From: a bacterium
GTDB taxonomy: Bacteria > Sysuimicrobiota > Sysuimicrobiia > Sysuimicrobiales > Segetimicrobiaceae
DNA: 64,000 bases
Direction of reading: 5' to 3'
NCBI GenBank assembly: GCA_035295165.1
Contig: DATGJN010000085.1
Coordinates: forward strand, 34,707 to 98,706
The notes under the pieces were generated by a model, which was given only the letters and a program-made list of their open reading frames with translations, had not been told where the DNA came from and did no database searches. The position numbers were made by a program, and so were the translations under genes. This document shows, piece by piece, positions 18,635 to 28,760 of this stretch (positions within the stretch are counted from its first letter, which is position 1; each line of letters begins with the position of its first letter).

Positions 18635-18721
18635 CGGGGTTGGCGCACTCAGCCCCGCGCGGATCCCGGGCTCCAGCGGGTTCGCGGTCAGCCGGAGCCC
18701 ACGCGTTCCATAGTCCTCCGC

Positions 18722-19501
18722 TCAACCCGGCACAGGAGCCAGCACCCGGACCGGGCTCCCGCTCCCGTCCACGATCTTCAGCGGCGCCGCGATGACCACC
18801 GCGCCGGTGGGCGGAACTCGATCGAGATTGCAAAGGCTGGCCAGCCCGAACTTTCCAGCCCCGTGCATGATCGCGTGGTTGGAAAAGGGCGGGTCGAAGG
18901 TACCGGCCTGGCCCGCATCGGTCCCCACCGTCTCGACACCCACCCCGAGGATATCCCGTTCTCTGACCAGGAATTCGGACGCCGACTTGTGAAAACCGGG
19001 GCTGTGTGCGCCGTCGTTACGCACATTGAGGAATTTCTTGGGGTCGCGGCGCTTGCTCCACGCCGTGTACAGTAGCACCCACGACGCGGCGGGGATGCGG
19101 CCGTACCGCGCCTCCCAGGCCGCTATGTGCGCGGGCATCACCAAGTAGTCCTGATTGCGCTCGACCTCGACCGTCACATCGATCACGACCGCCGGGCCGA
19201 CGAAGTTGCGGGCCGGAATCGTGTCGCAGGCGTTGTTGGGTAGGTCCTTGCCTGTGACCCAGTGGATCGGCGCATCGAAGTGCGTTCCGGTGTGCTCCCC
19301 GAGGTGCACCGTGTTCCAGTACCAGGCCGGCCCCCGGTCGTCATAGCGAGAAATCGCGTCCATGGAAAACGGCGGGGATGGACCGAACATGGGCGGCAGA
19401 CCGATGACGGGTGTTCCCGGCTCCAGCGGTTGCGTGAGATCCACGACCTTGACCCGTTGCGCCCTGAGCTCCTCGACCAGCTGCCCCAACACGCTCGCCA
19501 C
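18722..19501 (-). CDS. cyclase family protein (kynurenine formamidase-like)
   Basis: 259 aa with the HxGTHxDxPxH motif (HLGEHTGTHFDAPIH). Confidence 0.85.
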   Translation of the reverse strand: MASVLGQLVEELRAQRVKVVDLTQPLEPGTPVIGLPPMFGPSPPFSMDAISRYDDRGPAWYWNTVHLGEHTGTHFDAPIHWVTGKDLPNNACDTIPARNFVGPAVVIDVTVEVERNQDYLVMPAHIAAWEARYGRIPAASWVLLYTAWSKRRDPKKFLNVRNDGAHSPGFHKSASEFLVRERDILGVGVETVGTDAGQAGTFDPPFSNHAIMHGAGKFGLASLCNLDRVPPTGAVVIAAPLKIVDGSGSPVRVLAPVPG

Positions 19502-19580
19502 GTCACGGCTCCCTTCCGGTCAGTTCTCTCGTTCGTTCCGAACCTTGCGTGACCGACCCATCCGAGTCTCTCAGATGCTG

Positions 19581-20159
19581 TCATTCCTTCGGGGCGCGCC
19601 AACTACGTAGCTGTCGCTGGAATTGAAAGCGGTTCTCCAGCATGGAGAGGTCGGTCAAGTAGACCGGCGGGCCCGTGGCCTCCACTTTCGCCACAAGGGT
19701 CGTCAAGGCATTCGCCCGAAGCGCGTCATCGAACGCAGCCGTGAACTCCGCGACGGTGTGCACCGTCGACGTGCGCGGCACACCGGCGGCGGCGGCGATT
19801 CCGGCGATGTCGCTCCCGGTCGCGGTCGCCGTGGGAAACCCGCCCACGGAAAGGAGACTCTCGTTGTCAAACACGACGTGCACGAGGTTGCGCGGACGAT
19901 AGCGCGCCAAGGTGGTCAGGGCGCCCAGGTTCATCAAGATCGACCCATCCCCGTCCAGCACGACCACCTGCAACTCCGGACGCGCGAGTGCGATCCCCAA
20001 CCCCATGGAGGAGGCGAGCCCCATCGCGTGCAGCAGGTAGAAGAACCCCGGCCGATGTCCGAGCGACTGCAGCTCCGCCGACACGGCTCCCATGATCGTG
20101 ACCACGACACACCGTTCCAGCCTCGGATAGACCGCCCGCAACGCGTCGATCCGGAGCAT
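19581..20159 (-). CDS. comE: sulfopyruvate/phosphonopyruvate decarboxylase beta subunit (ComE-like TPP-binding domain)
   Basis: 192 aa with the TPP-binding GDG...N region (VVLDGDGSILMNLGAL...NES). Confidence 0.75.
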   Translation of the reverse strand: MLRIDALRAVYPRLERCVVVTIMGAVSAELQSLGHRPGFFYLLHAMGLASSMGLGIALARPELQVVVLDGDGSILMNLGALTTLARYRPRNLVHVVFDNESLLSVGGFPTATATGSDIAGIAAAAGVPRTSTVHTVAEFTAAFDDALRANALTTLVAKVEATGPPVYLTDLSMLENRFQFQRQLRSWRAPKE

Positions 20160-20196
20160 CAGTCCGTCACCGTTGGCAGCCGGCGGGTGCGAGCGG

Positions 20197-20709
20197 TTAG
20201 TCTTCCCACATCAGATCCCGGCACAACAGGAGCGCGACCGGCTTGAGCGACGACTCCGCCAACGTTTGCGCTTGTCCGATCCGATGCGCCACGTGGGTGG
20301 GCGCGTCCAACCGTTCGTAGGGGATATCGAGGGCCCGCAACACGGGCTCAGTTGCCCCGCCGCCCTCGGTCTGCCATGGATCTCGCTCGCCGAACTCGCC
20401 GCGGTAGCTGATCAGCATCAGCAGCGGGATCCGGTAGAGGCGCGCCAGCGAGACGATACCGTTCACGCTTGCGAGCAGCCCGTGGTTCTGCAGGAGCATC
20501 GCAGACTTTACTCCCGCCAGGTACGCGCCCGCAGAAATACCGACCCCTTCTTCCTCCTTGGCGAGACGCACGAGAATCATCTCCGGGTCGTCTTCCGCGA
20601 TCTGCAGCAGGTGCACGAGCCACGTCTCCGGGAGGGCAGAAAGCAGTCTGATTCCACAGGATTTCAACGCGTCGTAGACCATTCGCGAGTTCTTTACGGA
20701 AACCGGCAC
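20197..20709 (-). CDS. comD: sulfopyruvate/phosphonopyruvate decarboxylase alpha subunit (ComD-like TPP pyrimidine-binding domain)
   Basis: 170 aa. The N-terminal TPP-enzyme PYR domain lies directly upstream of the ComE-like gene, the split arrangement typical of ComDE. Confidence 0.75.
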   Translation of the reverse strand: MPVSVKNSRMVYDALKSCGIRLLSALPETWLVHLLQIAEDDPEMILVRLAKEEEGVGISAGAYLAGVKSAMLLQNHGLLASVNGIVSLARLYRIPLLMLISYRGEFGERDPWQTEGGGATEPVLRALDIPYERLDAPTHVAHRIGQAQTLAESSLKPVALLLCRDLMWED

Positions 20710-20929
20710 GTTCGCCTCGACGTCTTCATCATTGTCCTCCTCGAACGATGCCCGGCCCTGAAACCGCTACGATATTCACCCGCCGGCGGACGAACGCCTG
20801 CCCTACCCGCGGCCCCGGTCGGGCGGTCCTGCGCGCGCACCGGAGATGCCCTCTCGTTGGATCGCGGGGATCGGCCGAGACGGCGCAGACGGGGCGCCGT
20901 GCCACGGATCAGGCGATGGTTGCGCGTCC

Positions 20930-21826
20930 TCATACGGCGCGCAGCGCCTCGCTGACCCGCCGAATCGCGTCGCGGTGCGCCCGCGGTGAGGAGAGGCCGA
21001 CCCGCATCGTGCTTACGCTGACATGGGTCCCCCCGATCGCCCGCCACTCCGCGACAACACGCGCCCACTCGGCGGGCGACTCCGCATACCCGAGACGGCG
21101 CTCAAGCCCGATGGTCCCGGCATCGCGGCCGGCTTCCTTGGCGTATGCTCGAATCTTCGCGACCATCGCGCGGTAGCCGTCCGTGACCGGGGGAAAGCGG
21201 GACGTGGGTGAGACAATACCTCCCCCGGCCATCCATCCGTCCGCCATCCGCGCCACGCGCCGGAACACGGCATCGCTCTCCCCGCCCATCCAGACCGGAA
21301 TCGGACGCTGCACCGGCAGTGGGTTAATCCCGGCGCGGTCGATGTGGTGCCAGCGGCCATGGAAGGTGACGATCTCCTGCGTCCAGAACGCCCGCAGCAC
21401 CGCGACCTGCTCCTCAATGCGCTGGCCACGAGACTTGAAGTCTGCCCCAACCGCCTCAAACTCCGCGCTGTTCCAGCCGACGCCAACACCGAGGCGGAGC
21501 CGCCCGCCGCTCAGCAGGTCGACTTCGGCGGACTGTTTGGCGACGAGGGCGGTTTGGCGCTGGGGCAGTACCAGGATGCCGTTCGTGAGTTCGATGCGAC
21601 TCGTGACCCCTGCGAGATAGCCGAACAGGACGAACGGCTCGTGGAACATGTCCCGGTGCGTGTATCCGAGCCAGTTGTCCTCGCGCGGTACGACGCCAAG
21701 GATGTGGTCGTACGCGATGAGGTGATCGTACCCGAGATCCTCCGCCGCCCTGGCGAAATCTGCAGCGTCCGAAGGATCCGCCCCGAGCTCCGTCTGAGGG
21801 AATACCACGCCGACCTTCACGAGCAC
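20930..21826 (-). CDS. LLM-class F420-dependent oxidoreductase (luciferase-like monooxygenase family)
   Basis: 298 aa. Sequence blocks are typical of TIGR03619-like F420-dependent LLM oxidoreductases (GVGVGWNSAEFEAVG..., HHIDRAGINP). Confidence 0.8.
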   Translation of the reverse strand: MLVKVGVVFPQTELGADPSDAADFARAAEDLGYDHLIAYDHILGVVPREDNWLGYTHRDMFHEPFVLFGYLAGVTSRIELTNGILVLPQRQTALVAKQSAEVDLLSGGRLRLGVGVGWNSAEFEAVGADFKSRGQRIEEQVAVLRAFWTQEIVTFHGRWHHIDRAGINPLPVQRPIPVWMGGESDAVFRRVARMADGWMAGGGIVSPTSRFPPVTDGYRAMVAKIRAYAKEAGRDAGTIGLERRLGYAESPAEWARVVAEWRAIGGTHVSVSTMRVGLSSPRAHRDAIRRVSEALRAV

Positions 21827-22133
21827 CCTCCGGCAACTCGTTGTCGCTTAGCGGGCCCAGCGGGCATGCGAACGCCGCTGCGCCCCGTCGATGTCGCGAA
21901 CCATTTCTCGTCTCGCCGCTCGCATTCCCGCGGAACGGCCTCCCGACTCGCACGCCCGGGTTGCCCGTGGCTTCTCCGCGGCCGACCCGCGCCGCCATGT
22001 CGTTGGCCGTCGCGCCACTGTCCTCTCCCTTGCACGCTCGACGACAACGTAATCCTGGAAGCCGAGCGAATGGAGTGGCCCCAGATGACGGCGACCGCGC
22101 GGGTAGCGAAGCGTGATCGTGTACCTGTCTGGC

Positions 22134-22946
22134 TCAACGTGATGTCTTGCTCCGAGGTGCCCCGGGATCGGCACGTTCCGTCAACACCACCAAGCCATGA
22201 GGATTGCGCAGCAGCAGTCGCTGGCGGCCGGCGTCGATGAGCCCCTGCAACTGCCACCGGCTGACAATGCGACTTGCGGTGTACAGCGTGGTCCCGGCCA
22301 GTCCGGCCAGATCTCCGCGCGAGAGCGGCATATCGAGCAGAACGCCCCCGTCCACTTTGCGGCCGGCGTGATCGGCCAACCGCAGGACGGCCTGTGCGAG
22401 CCGTTGTTCCGCCCGATCCGCAACCTGCTCGGAGAACCGAGATTGCATCTCGAGCATCCGCGCGGTCACGATGCGAAGGACGTTGACCACAAGCGCAGGG
22501 TACCGTGCGAACAGGGTGGCGATCGTCCGACTGTCCCATACCAGTGCTTCCGCCGGAGCGGTCGCTTCGGCCGACACGGGGTACGTCGTTCCCCTTAACG
22601 CGGCGACGGTGCCAAACGCGTCACCGTGCCCGATCACCTGGATGATCACCTCCTGCCCGTCCTGGTGCACGAGCGTGAGCTTGATCTTGCCGCGGACAAG
22701 CACGTACATCGCGACCGCAGGGTCTCCCTGGCGGAACAACAGCGCCTTGCGGGGCGCCCGCGCCCGACTAGAGACTCGCACGACAGACGCGCGGGCGGCC
22801 GGCGAGAGGCCCCGGAACAGCGCGACAGGCCCAAGAAGATCGTCCGACTGGTCCACGGGCACCCTCACCACCTCCACGTGGAGCCGCGCGGCTCTGTGGT
22901 TCCGCCGGTCCGGGACACGCGCAATGCAAGTCCTCGGCCGCGACAC
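22134..22946 (-). CDS. Crp/Fnr family transcriptional regulator
   Basis: A cNMP-binding fold (LFRGLSPAA...FRQGDPA...YVLVRGKIKL) plus a C-terminal HTH (RGDLAGLAGTTLYTASRIVSRW). The true start is probably downstream of the first ATG. Confidence 0.8.
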   Translation of the reverse strand: MSRPRTCIARVPDRRNHRAARLHVEVVRVPVDQSDDLLGPVALFRGLSPAARASVVRVSSRARAPRKALLFRQGDPAVAMYVLVRGKIKLTLVHQDGQEVIIQVIGHGDAFGTVAALRGTTYPVSAEATAPAEALVWDSRTIATLFARYPALVVNVLRIVTARMLEMQSRFSEQVADRAEQRLAQAVLRLADHAGRKVDGGVLLDMPLSRGDLAGLAGTTLYTASRIVSRWQLQGLIDAGRQRLLLRNPHGLVVLTERADPGAPRSKTSR

Positions 22947-23169
22947 CCGTGGATTCCGAAGACTACCGTTGGGGTTCGATCTCGGGCATGCGGAATCCCG
23001 GCGCCGTCAAGGTGAGGCCACCATGGCGAAGCCACATGCGCATCTCTAATCTCTTCTCTCTCGTTCACTTCAACGATTACGTCGGTCCGCTCGCCGTCCC
23101 ATCACCGATCTGGTTCGACCGCGCCTATCATTCCGACCACGGATCTTGACGCAGCAGACCTCGCCGGCG

Positions 23170-23373
23170 TCATCCGCAGGCGCGGCGCAACGCATCGACC
23201 AGTTCGGTCGGAGAAATATGGTAGGCTTCGGCCACGTCCGCCACCGACTCGAACCGTGCAATCGGGCAGCCCACGCACGCCATACGACGATGGATAAACA
23301 CGCGCGCGGTCCGCGGCCAACGCCGCAACACCTCGGCAACGGGGAGACGGGCAAGCATCGTGGGCGAGAGCAT
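23170..23373 (-). CDS. DUF1858 domain protein (small redox/NO-associated protein)
   Basis: An internal start gives about 67 aa: MLSPTMLARLPVAEVLRRWPRTARVFIHRRMACVGCPIARFESVADVAEAYHISPTELVDAL, which matches the DUF1858 pattern (CxGCP...ETLEEAA). Confidence 0.65.
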   Translation of the reverse strand: MLSPTMLARLPVAEVLRRWPRTARVFIHRRMACVGCPIARFESVADVAEAYHISPTELVDALRRACG

Positions 23374-23688
23374 ACGCCTCGAGGGTATCCAACCCGTGCG
23401 GGGATGTCTTTGCGCTGGAACAAAGCGCCGTACGCACGGAGATCGCATGCACGCTTCCGACGACATTACGCTGGGCAGCGGCCGTCCATCCTGCCGGTGC
23501 CCGGTGCCGCGATCGTGAGCTCCGCGACCACGAAGTCGAAGCCGCTGTACGATCACGTGTGCGGCGAGGCGACGATCGCCGAGCGCTGGAACCCGGTGAG
23601 CGCCTACAGTCGCGCGGGCCGGCGCGGCCCCACGAACCGAGGCCGCCCGGCGGTTACGCAGCGACTAGCGGTCGCGCCGCTGCCGCCA

Positions 23689-24861
23689 TCACCTCGAACC
23701 CACGTTGCCGGCGCCGCCGTCGCTGCCCCCGCCGATGGGGCTGTCGCTCGCGGTGCGCTTGGCGCTCGACCACGAACCGTCGTCGACGTACCCCGCGGGG
23801 CGTGGCGCCAGGTCGTCGGATCGCGTCGACCGCCCTACTCGTGCATACGCTCGGAGGGCCAAGGGGAACTCGGTGCGTGCCTGGATGCGTGGAACGTAGC
23901 CGAGCGCGGTGATCTTGGCGATGTCGAAGTGATAGTCACCCAAGAACACGTCGACGTCTCGCTGCCGCAGCTGTGCTATCTCAGGAATCTGCGCCAACCG
24001 GCCAACAATACGAACCAGAGGCACGGCGCGGCGGGCGACCCACGGAGAAATGGATGGACACCACGGGGACCGATCTAGCGCGTCGGACATCCAGCGGATC
24101 AACTCCCGCAGCTCATAGCGGCAGCCGTCCGTCACGTTGTACGCTTCCCCGTGAAGTCCGGCCTCCATGACCAGCAGATGAGCTGCCGCGACATCATCCG
24201 CATGGACCAGATCTACCACGTGACGCCCGCCGTCCGGGAGGGGGATCACGGGGAGGCGCATCGTAGTCACCGTTTGGGGGATGAAATACCGGTCGCCCGG
24301 GCCGTATACGATGCATGGACGCACGATCATGCAGCGGAGTCCACTTGTCACCGCCTCCCGTATCAGGCGTTCCGCCCGAACTTTCGAGATCCCATAGGCC
24401 GACGACGCATTCACGGGGGTCTGTTCGGTGGTCCCCTGCGCAAGATGGTCACCGTACACTGCGACTGAACTCGTGTACACAAGCTGGGTGACTCCGCTCG
24501 CCTCCGCGGCCTCCAGAAGCCGCCGGGTGCCTTCCACATTGGTCTCGTAGATCTCCGCGCCAGTGCCATTCCGAAACCCCAGTTCTGCCGCGGCGTGGTA
24601 GATCTCCCCGACGCCGTCGCACGCCTTCCGTAAGCTCGCCGCAGCGCTCAGGTCGCCGACGGCAACAGACACCGATGCGCCAAAAAGGACACGGGCCCTC
24701 GCCGGGTCGCGTGCGAGCACGCACACGGAGCGCCCACGGGCCAGCAGCGCGTGCACGATCGCACGCCCCACCATGCCGGTGGCTCCGGTCACCAGGGCGG
24801 ATCGCCGCCTCGTGGACCCGGTGGTGTGGGGCCGCCCGCTCACACCGGCATCGACGGACAT
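23689..24861 (-). CDS. NAD-dependent epimerase/dehydratase family protein (SDR, 3-beta-HSD-like)
   Basis: Rossmann motif ALVTGATGMVGRAIV near the N-terminus. The start was chosen at the internal Met preceding it. Confidence 0.75.
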   Translation of the reverse strand: MSVDAGVSGRPHTTGSTRRRSALVTGATGMVGRAIVHALLARGRSVCVLARDPARARVLFGASVSVAVGDLSAAASLRKACDGVGEIYHAAAELGFRNGTGAEIYETNVEGTRRLLEAAEASGVTQLVYTSSVAVYGDHLAQGTTEQTPVNASSAYGISKVRAERLIREAVTSGLRCMIVRPCIVYGPGDRYFIPQTVTTMRLPVIPLPDGGRHVVDLVHADDVAAAHLLVMEAGLHGEAYNVTDGCRYELRELIRWMSDALDRSPWCPSISPWVARRAVPLVRIVGRLAQIPEIAQLRQRDVDVFLGDYHFDIAKITALGYVPRIQARTEFPLALRAYARVGRSTRSDDLAPRPAGYVDDGSWSSAKRTASDSPIGGGSDGGAGNVGSR

Positions 24862-25307
24862 CCCGTTAGGCACGCTGCTGTACAGGTGCATCGGCTCCTC
24901 CGTTGCTGACGCGGTGCTTGAGACGTCGGCAATCCTGGCGGCGAGATCGGCTTCGAGGACGCCCCGAAAACCTGGCCAGGGCACGCGCGAGCCCGCGAAA
25001 GCCTCGCGCTACCGACCACGCCATCCGCACCTCTGGTGGCTCGGCGCGCACTGACGACGGACACGAAACTCCCCCAAGGAGATGCGTCATCGGACGGGAC
25101 CCTACACAATCGCATGATCGGCCACCTGCCTGACTATTCGACACTCACCCCGGAACGTACTTGTCCTGAGTTTCCGATTTGGCTGGGCACTGGAAACCAG
25201 GGTGATGTGTCGAATGCCCTTATGGATGCAGGCATGCGCGCAATGATGACGCTGGGAGGGCGGTCTCGTCTCTTCGTTCGAACCTTTCGAACGCCGCGTT
25301 TCTGATC

Positions 25308-26102
25308 GTGGACGGAGGTTGGAGCGGTGGCCCCGCGGGCACGACACGCCATTCAGCAGTGTGGGATGACAAAGGGAAACGGGTGGCATCTTACGGGACA
25401 TGGGTTCCATACGCAGGCGTTGCGGCACGATTCTTAGCCGCTGTGCTGCTCGCCGTCGCGGCGGTGTTTTGGTACCTCGGGAACAGATTACGCGGCCCAG
25501 TTGCGGTTGAAAGGCCTGGGGCCGTTGTTAGCGGCTTTATGATCGTTATCTGGGCTCTATCAATATGGACGACGCTCGTCGCGTTCTACGCTTACGGGGT
25601 GCAGCTGTATGAAGTGCATCTGTTTTCGCGACCGCCGGTGGACCGGATTGCTCCCATCACTGTGCTGACCGCCGCGATCACCTTCTTCACAATCCTGTAT
25701 ATGACAAAGACGCACGGATGGAAGGTCGCTCTTGGCAGCGCGTTTGTCGGTGCCGCCGCGGCTCCAATGATCTTTGAGCTGCCATTTGATCTCATCGTCA
25801 TGGCCCGAACCGTCCCTTCCATTCCTCCTGCTCCAACACTGTATAGAGAGCTTTTCTTCTTTCCCTTGTTCATCGCCGAGATTTCGACAATCGCCCTCCT
25901 CACGCTGCTCCCTTCGATGAGGATATCAAGCTACACACTATACTCGCTTGCGGCAATGTTCTTTGTGTTCGCAGTGTGGGCGGTGTTAGGCTTCCACTAT
26001 CCAACCGATCCGATTCCCTACGCACTGAACGCCGTATCCAAGGTGGTGAGTTTCGTCAGCGTGATCACGCTCTTCTTGGATGGAAAGAACGCCAAGACCT
26101 AG
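25308..26102 (+). CDS. hypothetical integral membrane protein (about 6 TM segments)
   Basis: 264 aa with multiple hydrophobic helices. The locus has noticeably lower GC than its surroundings. No recognisable family. Confidence 0.55.
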   Translation: MDGGWSGGPAGTTRHSAVWDDKGKRVASYGTWVPYAGVAARFLAAVLLAVAAVFWYLGNRLRGPVAVERPGAVVSGFMIVIWALSIWTTLVAFYAYGVQLYEVHLFSRPPVDRIAPITVLTAAITFFTILYMTKTHGWKVALGSAFVGAAAAPMIFELPFDLIVMARTVPSIPPAPTLYRELFFFPLFIAEISTIALLTLLPSMRISSYTLYSLAAMFFVFAVWAVLGFHYPTDPIPYALNAVSKVVSFVSVITLFLDGKNAKT

Positions 26103-26282
26103 TAAGCGAACATTGCCCGTTTGGCACGATCTTGGGGGACGATCGGATCCGCTCGGAGACGGAACTCCGCCTCATGCTCCTCGTGGGCACGGCGTGGGTG
26201 CGCGTCCCGAGGAGCGATTTTGCGTGTCGCCGAATCTCGCCGCGCCATCGCGGCTCGTACTCTATACCGCTGGCGCCTGCGA

Positions 26283-27257
26283 CTATCGGAGCGCAGCGAA
26301 TCGATCGGTTGCGCGGATCAGTTCTTGGGTGACGCTCGGATTATCGGGAGAGTGCCCCGCCTGGTCAACGATCACGAGCTCGGCACGTGGCCACGCGTGT
26401 TTGAGCTCCCATGCGTTCGCAATCGGGGCCTGGAAGTCAAAGCGCCCGTTCACGAGGATACCAGGAGTGTCGATCAGCCCATCGGCGCCTCGGAGCAGGC
26501 TACCGTCTTCGATCCACGCATCGTGTCGGACGTAATGGGTAACGAGACGCGCAAACGCCATGGCAAACGCAGGATCGGTGAACCTGCGGGCCAACCCACG
26601 AGTCGGCGGCCACGCGGGTGTCGCGGACTCCCACAGACACCACGCGAGCGCGGCCCGCCGGCGCACCGCAGGGTCTGGATCGTGCAGCAGTCTATGGTAT
26701 GCCTCGACGAGATCGCCGTCTCGCTCGCCAACCGGCACAGCGGTCCGCAGGCGTTCCCACTCCTCGGGAAAGAATGCGGCCACACCGCCACGGAACAACC
26801 AGTCGAACTCCTTGCGGCGTCCAGTTGTGACGCCAAACAGGATCATCTCCGCGACCCGAGCCGGGAACCGCTCGGCGTAGGCGAGCCCCAACGTGCTGCC
26901 CCATGATCCGCCGAACACTAACCACCGCGCGACGCCCAGGTAGTAACGCAACCGCTCGATGTCCGCTATCAGGTTCGACGTGTTGTTGCTCGCCAAGTCG
27001 GTATCGGGTTCGCTTGCGTGCGGCAGACTCCGCCCGCAGCCCCGTTGATCAAACAGCACGACGCGATAGGCGCTGGGATCGAACAACCTGCGGTGCCACT
27101 CCGTACACCCGGAACCCGGCCCGCCGTGCAGAACGACGGCGGTCTTCCCGTGCGGATTGCCACACGCCTCCCAGTAGACGAGGTTGCCGTCACCAACCTC
27201 CAACATGCCGTGCTCGTATGGTCTGATCTCTGGATACAGACCTCGCATGATGGCCAC
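26283..27257 (-). CDS. pip: prolyl aminopeptidase (proline iminopeptidase), alpha/beta hydrolase
   Basis: 324 aa with HGGPGSG...GGSWGSTLGLAYA (nucleophile elbow) and the typical Pip family layout. Confidence 0.9.
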   Translation of the reverse strand: MAIMRGLYPEIRPYEHGMLEVGDGNLVYWEACGNPHGKTAVVLHGGPGSGCTEWHRRLFDPSAYRVVLFDQRGCGRSLPHASEPDTDLASNNTSNLIADIERLRYYLGVARWLVFGGSWGSTLGLAYAERFPARVAEMILFGVTTGRRKEFDWLFRGGVAAFFPEEWERLRTAVPVGERDGDLVEAYHRLLHDPDPAVRRRAALAWCLWESATPAWPPTRGLARRFTDPAFAMAFARLVTHYVRHDAWIEDGSLLRGADGLIDTPGILVNGRFDFQAPIANAWELKHAWPRAELVIVDQAGHSPDNPSVTQELIRATDRFAALR

Positions 27258-27500
27258 GGCTCCTCTTCCGTTCCTGAATTCACCGCCTGGTACGGGACGC
27301 CGGCCACCCGCGCGTCAGCGCTCCGTCGTCCCACCGGCGGGACGGGCAGCGCGTGCGCGGACGCCGGGCGGCATACGTCCATGCCACTCGTTCTGACGCG
27401 AGAGTGGAGCCGAACGACGCGCCCGAAGCACGTTCCTCCAGCGCCCGCGATCGTTCGTGGACACAGTCCCGACCGCAAACGGACGGGTCGCACGTCATCC

Positions 27501-28760
27501 TCACCGCCCGGGATCACCCTGTTCGCGGTCCGGCACGTACACAGATGGCACCGCCCCACTATATGGCCCCGCACCGCTGCGTTGCGGCACGAGCACCATC
27601 TTCCGATGATCGCGTGCAAACCGCCCGGCGAGCGCGTCCCGCAGCCAGTCCGCAAGAAACGGGTAGATTTCCAACCCCGCAATCCCCGCCTTCCCCGAGA
27701 CGCGGTGAAACTCGTTCTCAAACACCCAAAGCTCTTTGGGACCGCCGAGCTCCTCGAACAGCGCGACCGCTTCCTCCAGGTGCGACAGCGGATCGTACTC
27801 GCCCGTGACCAGCAGCGTCGGGCACGTGACGTCCGTGCCGTACCCGGCGGTCGTCATCTGCGCCGCCATCGCGTCGAACGCGTCTTCGTCGGTCATGCCC
27901 GCCATGTACATGAACATCTGCTTGAACCGCGGCGAGGCTTCCTCGAAGATCGACACCTTCGGCCCGTACACCGCGTGGGTGGTGGCGAGGGCGCGCACGC
28001 GCCGATCCATCGCGGCGACGCGAGGCCCCCAGTGCGATCCGAAGCTCACACCACACACGCCGATGCGCTCCCCGTCGACCTCGGGGCGCCCCGTCAAGTA
28101 GTCAACAGCCGCCTTCGCCGCTCGTTCGTAGTTGTCGACGGTCACCCAGAGCTTCCGGAGATTGCTCACGCCCTGACCAGGGCCGTCGATCACCAGAACA
28201 TGCATCCCCCGTGCGGCGAATGCGTTGTCGAGCGGATTCGGGGCCGCTTCCTTCGTCATATCCATGCCAGGCAGCAAGAGGATGGTCGCCGCTTTCCCGC
28301 GTTCTCCGCCGAGGTGCAAGAGCGCGCTGATCGTCCGCCCCTCCCACGGGATCTCAACCTTCTCGATCGCGTAGTCGGCCAGCGCGATCACGTGATCGAA
28401 GCACTCCAGAAGCTTCCCGTGGAAGTACCGCTTTTCGGGTTGGTCATCCTCGAAGATCGCGTGCTGCGCCTCCCGGTACGTCTGCGCCGCCCGCCAAAAC
28501 AGCGACCGGGCGGTCTCCCGGTGCCCTGCTGCAAGCGCCGCCCGCGCGATCGCTTCCGCATGCTTCGCGTCCCGGTAGAGTGTCCGTGGAATCATCCGGT
28601 AGCTCTTCACCTCGGCCGGCACGTCCCGCTCGTCGTTCGCGAAGTTCTGCACGCGACCCGTCTGCTTCACCGCCAGATCCAAGATCCACTGCTGGCCGTC
28701 CCGCCGCCGTTTCAATTGCGGCCCACCATCCTGCGCGCTGGTCCGGTCCCTCGTCACGCT
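27501..28760 (-). CDS. alpha/beta hydrolase (dienelactone-hydrolase / dihydropseudooxynicotine-hydrolase-like)
   Basis: GVSFGSHWG nucleophile motif with a long N-terminal cap region. The start was set at a GTG preceded by GGAGGGG, so the 5' end is uncertain. Confidence 0.7.
   Translation of the reverse strand, partial: SVTRDRTSAQDGGPQLKRRRDGQQWILDLAVKQTGRVQNFANDERDVPAEVKSYRMIPRTLYRDAKHAEAIARAALAAGHRETARSLFWRAAQTYREAQHAIFEDDQPEKRYFHGKLLECFDHVIALADYAIEKVEIPWEGRTISALLHLGGERGKAATILLLPGMDMTKEAAPNPLDNAFAARGMHVLVIDGPGQGVSNLRKLWVTVDNYERAAKAAVDYLTGRPEVDGERIGVCGVSFGSHWGPRVAAMDRRVRALATTHAVYGPKVSIFEEASPRFKQMFMYMAGMTDEDAFDAMAAQMTTAGYGTDVTCPTLLVTGEYDPLSHLEEAVALFEELGGPKELWVFENEFHRVSGKAGIAGLEIYPFLADWLRDALAGRFARDHRKMVLVPQRSGAGPYSGAVPSVYVPDREQGDPGR

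Noticed and set aside
18635-18658. Short hairpin between the convergent Mo-subunit and cyclase genes
   Set aside because: The stem is only 6 bp and there is no T-tract, so it is too weak to call a terminator.
25261-25295. Possible tRNA T-arm-like sequence (cgttcgaacctttcgaacg)
   Set aside because: There is no surrounding cloverleaf, acceptor stem or anticodon context. It is better explained as a variant of the TTCGA-containing repeated intergenic motif.
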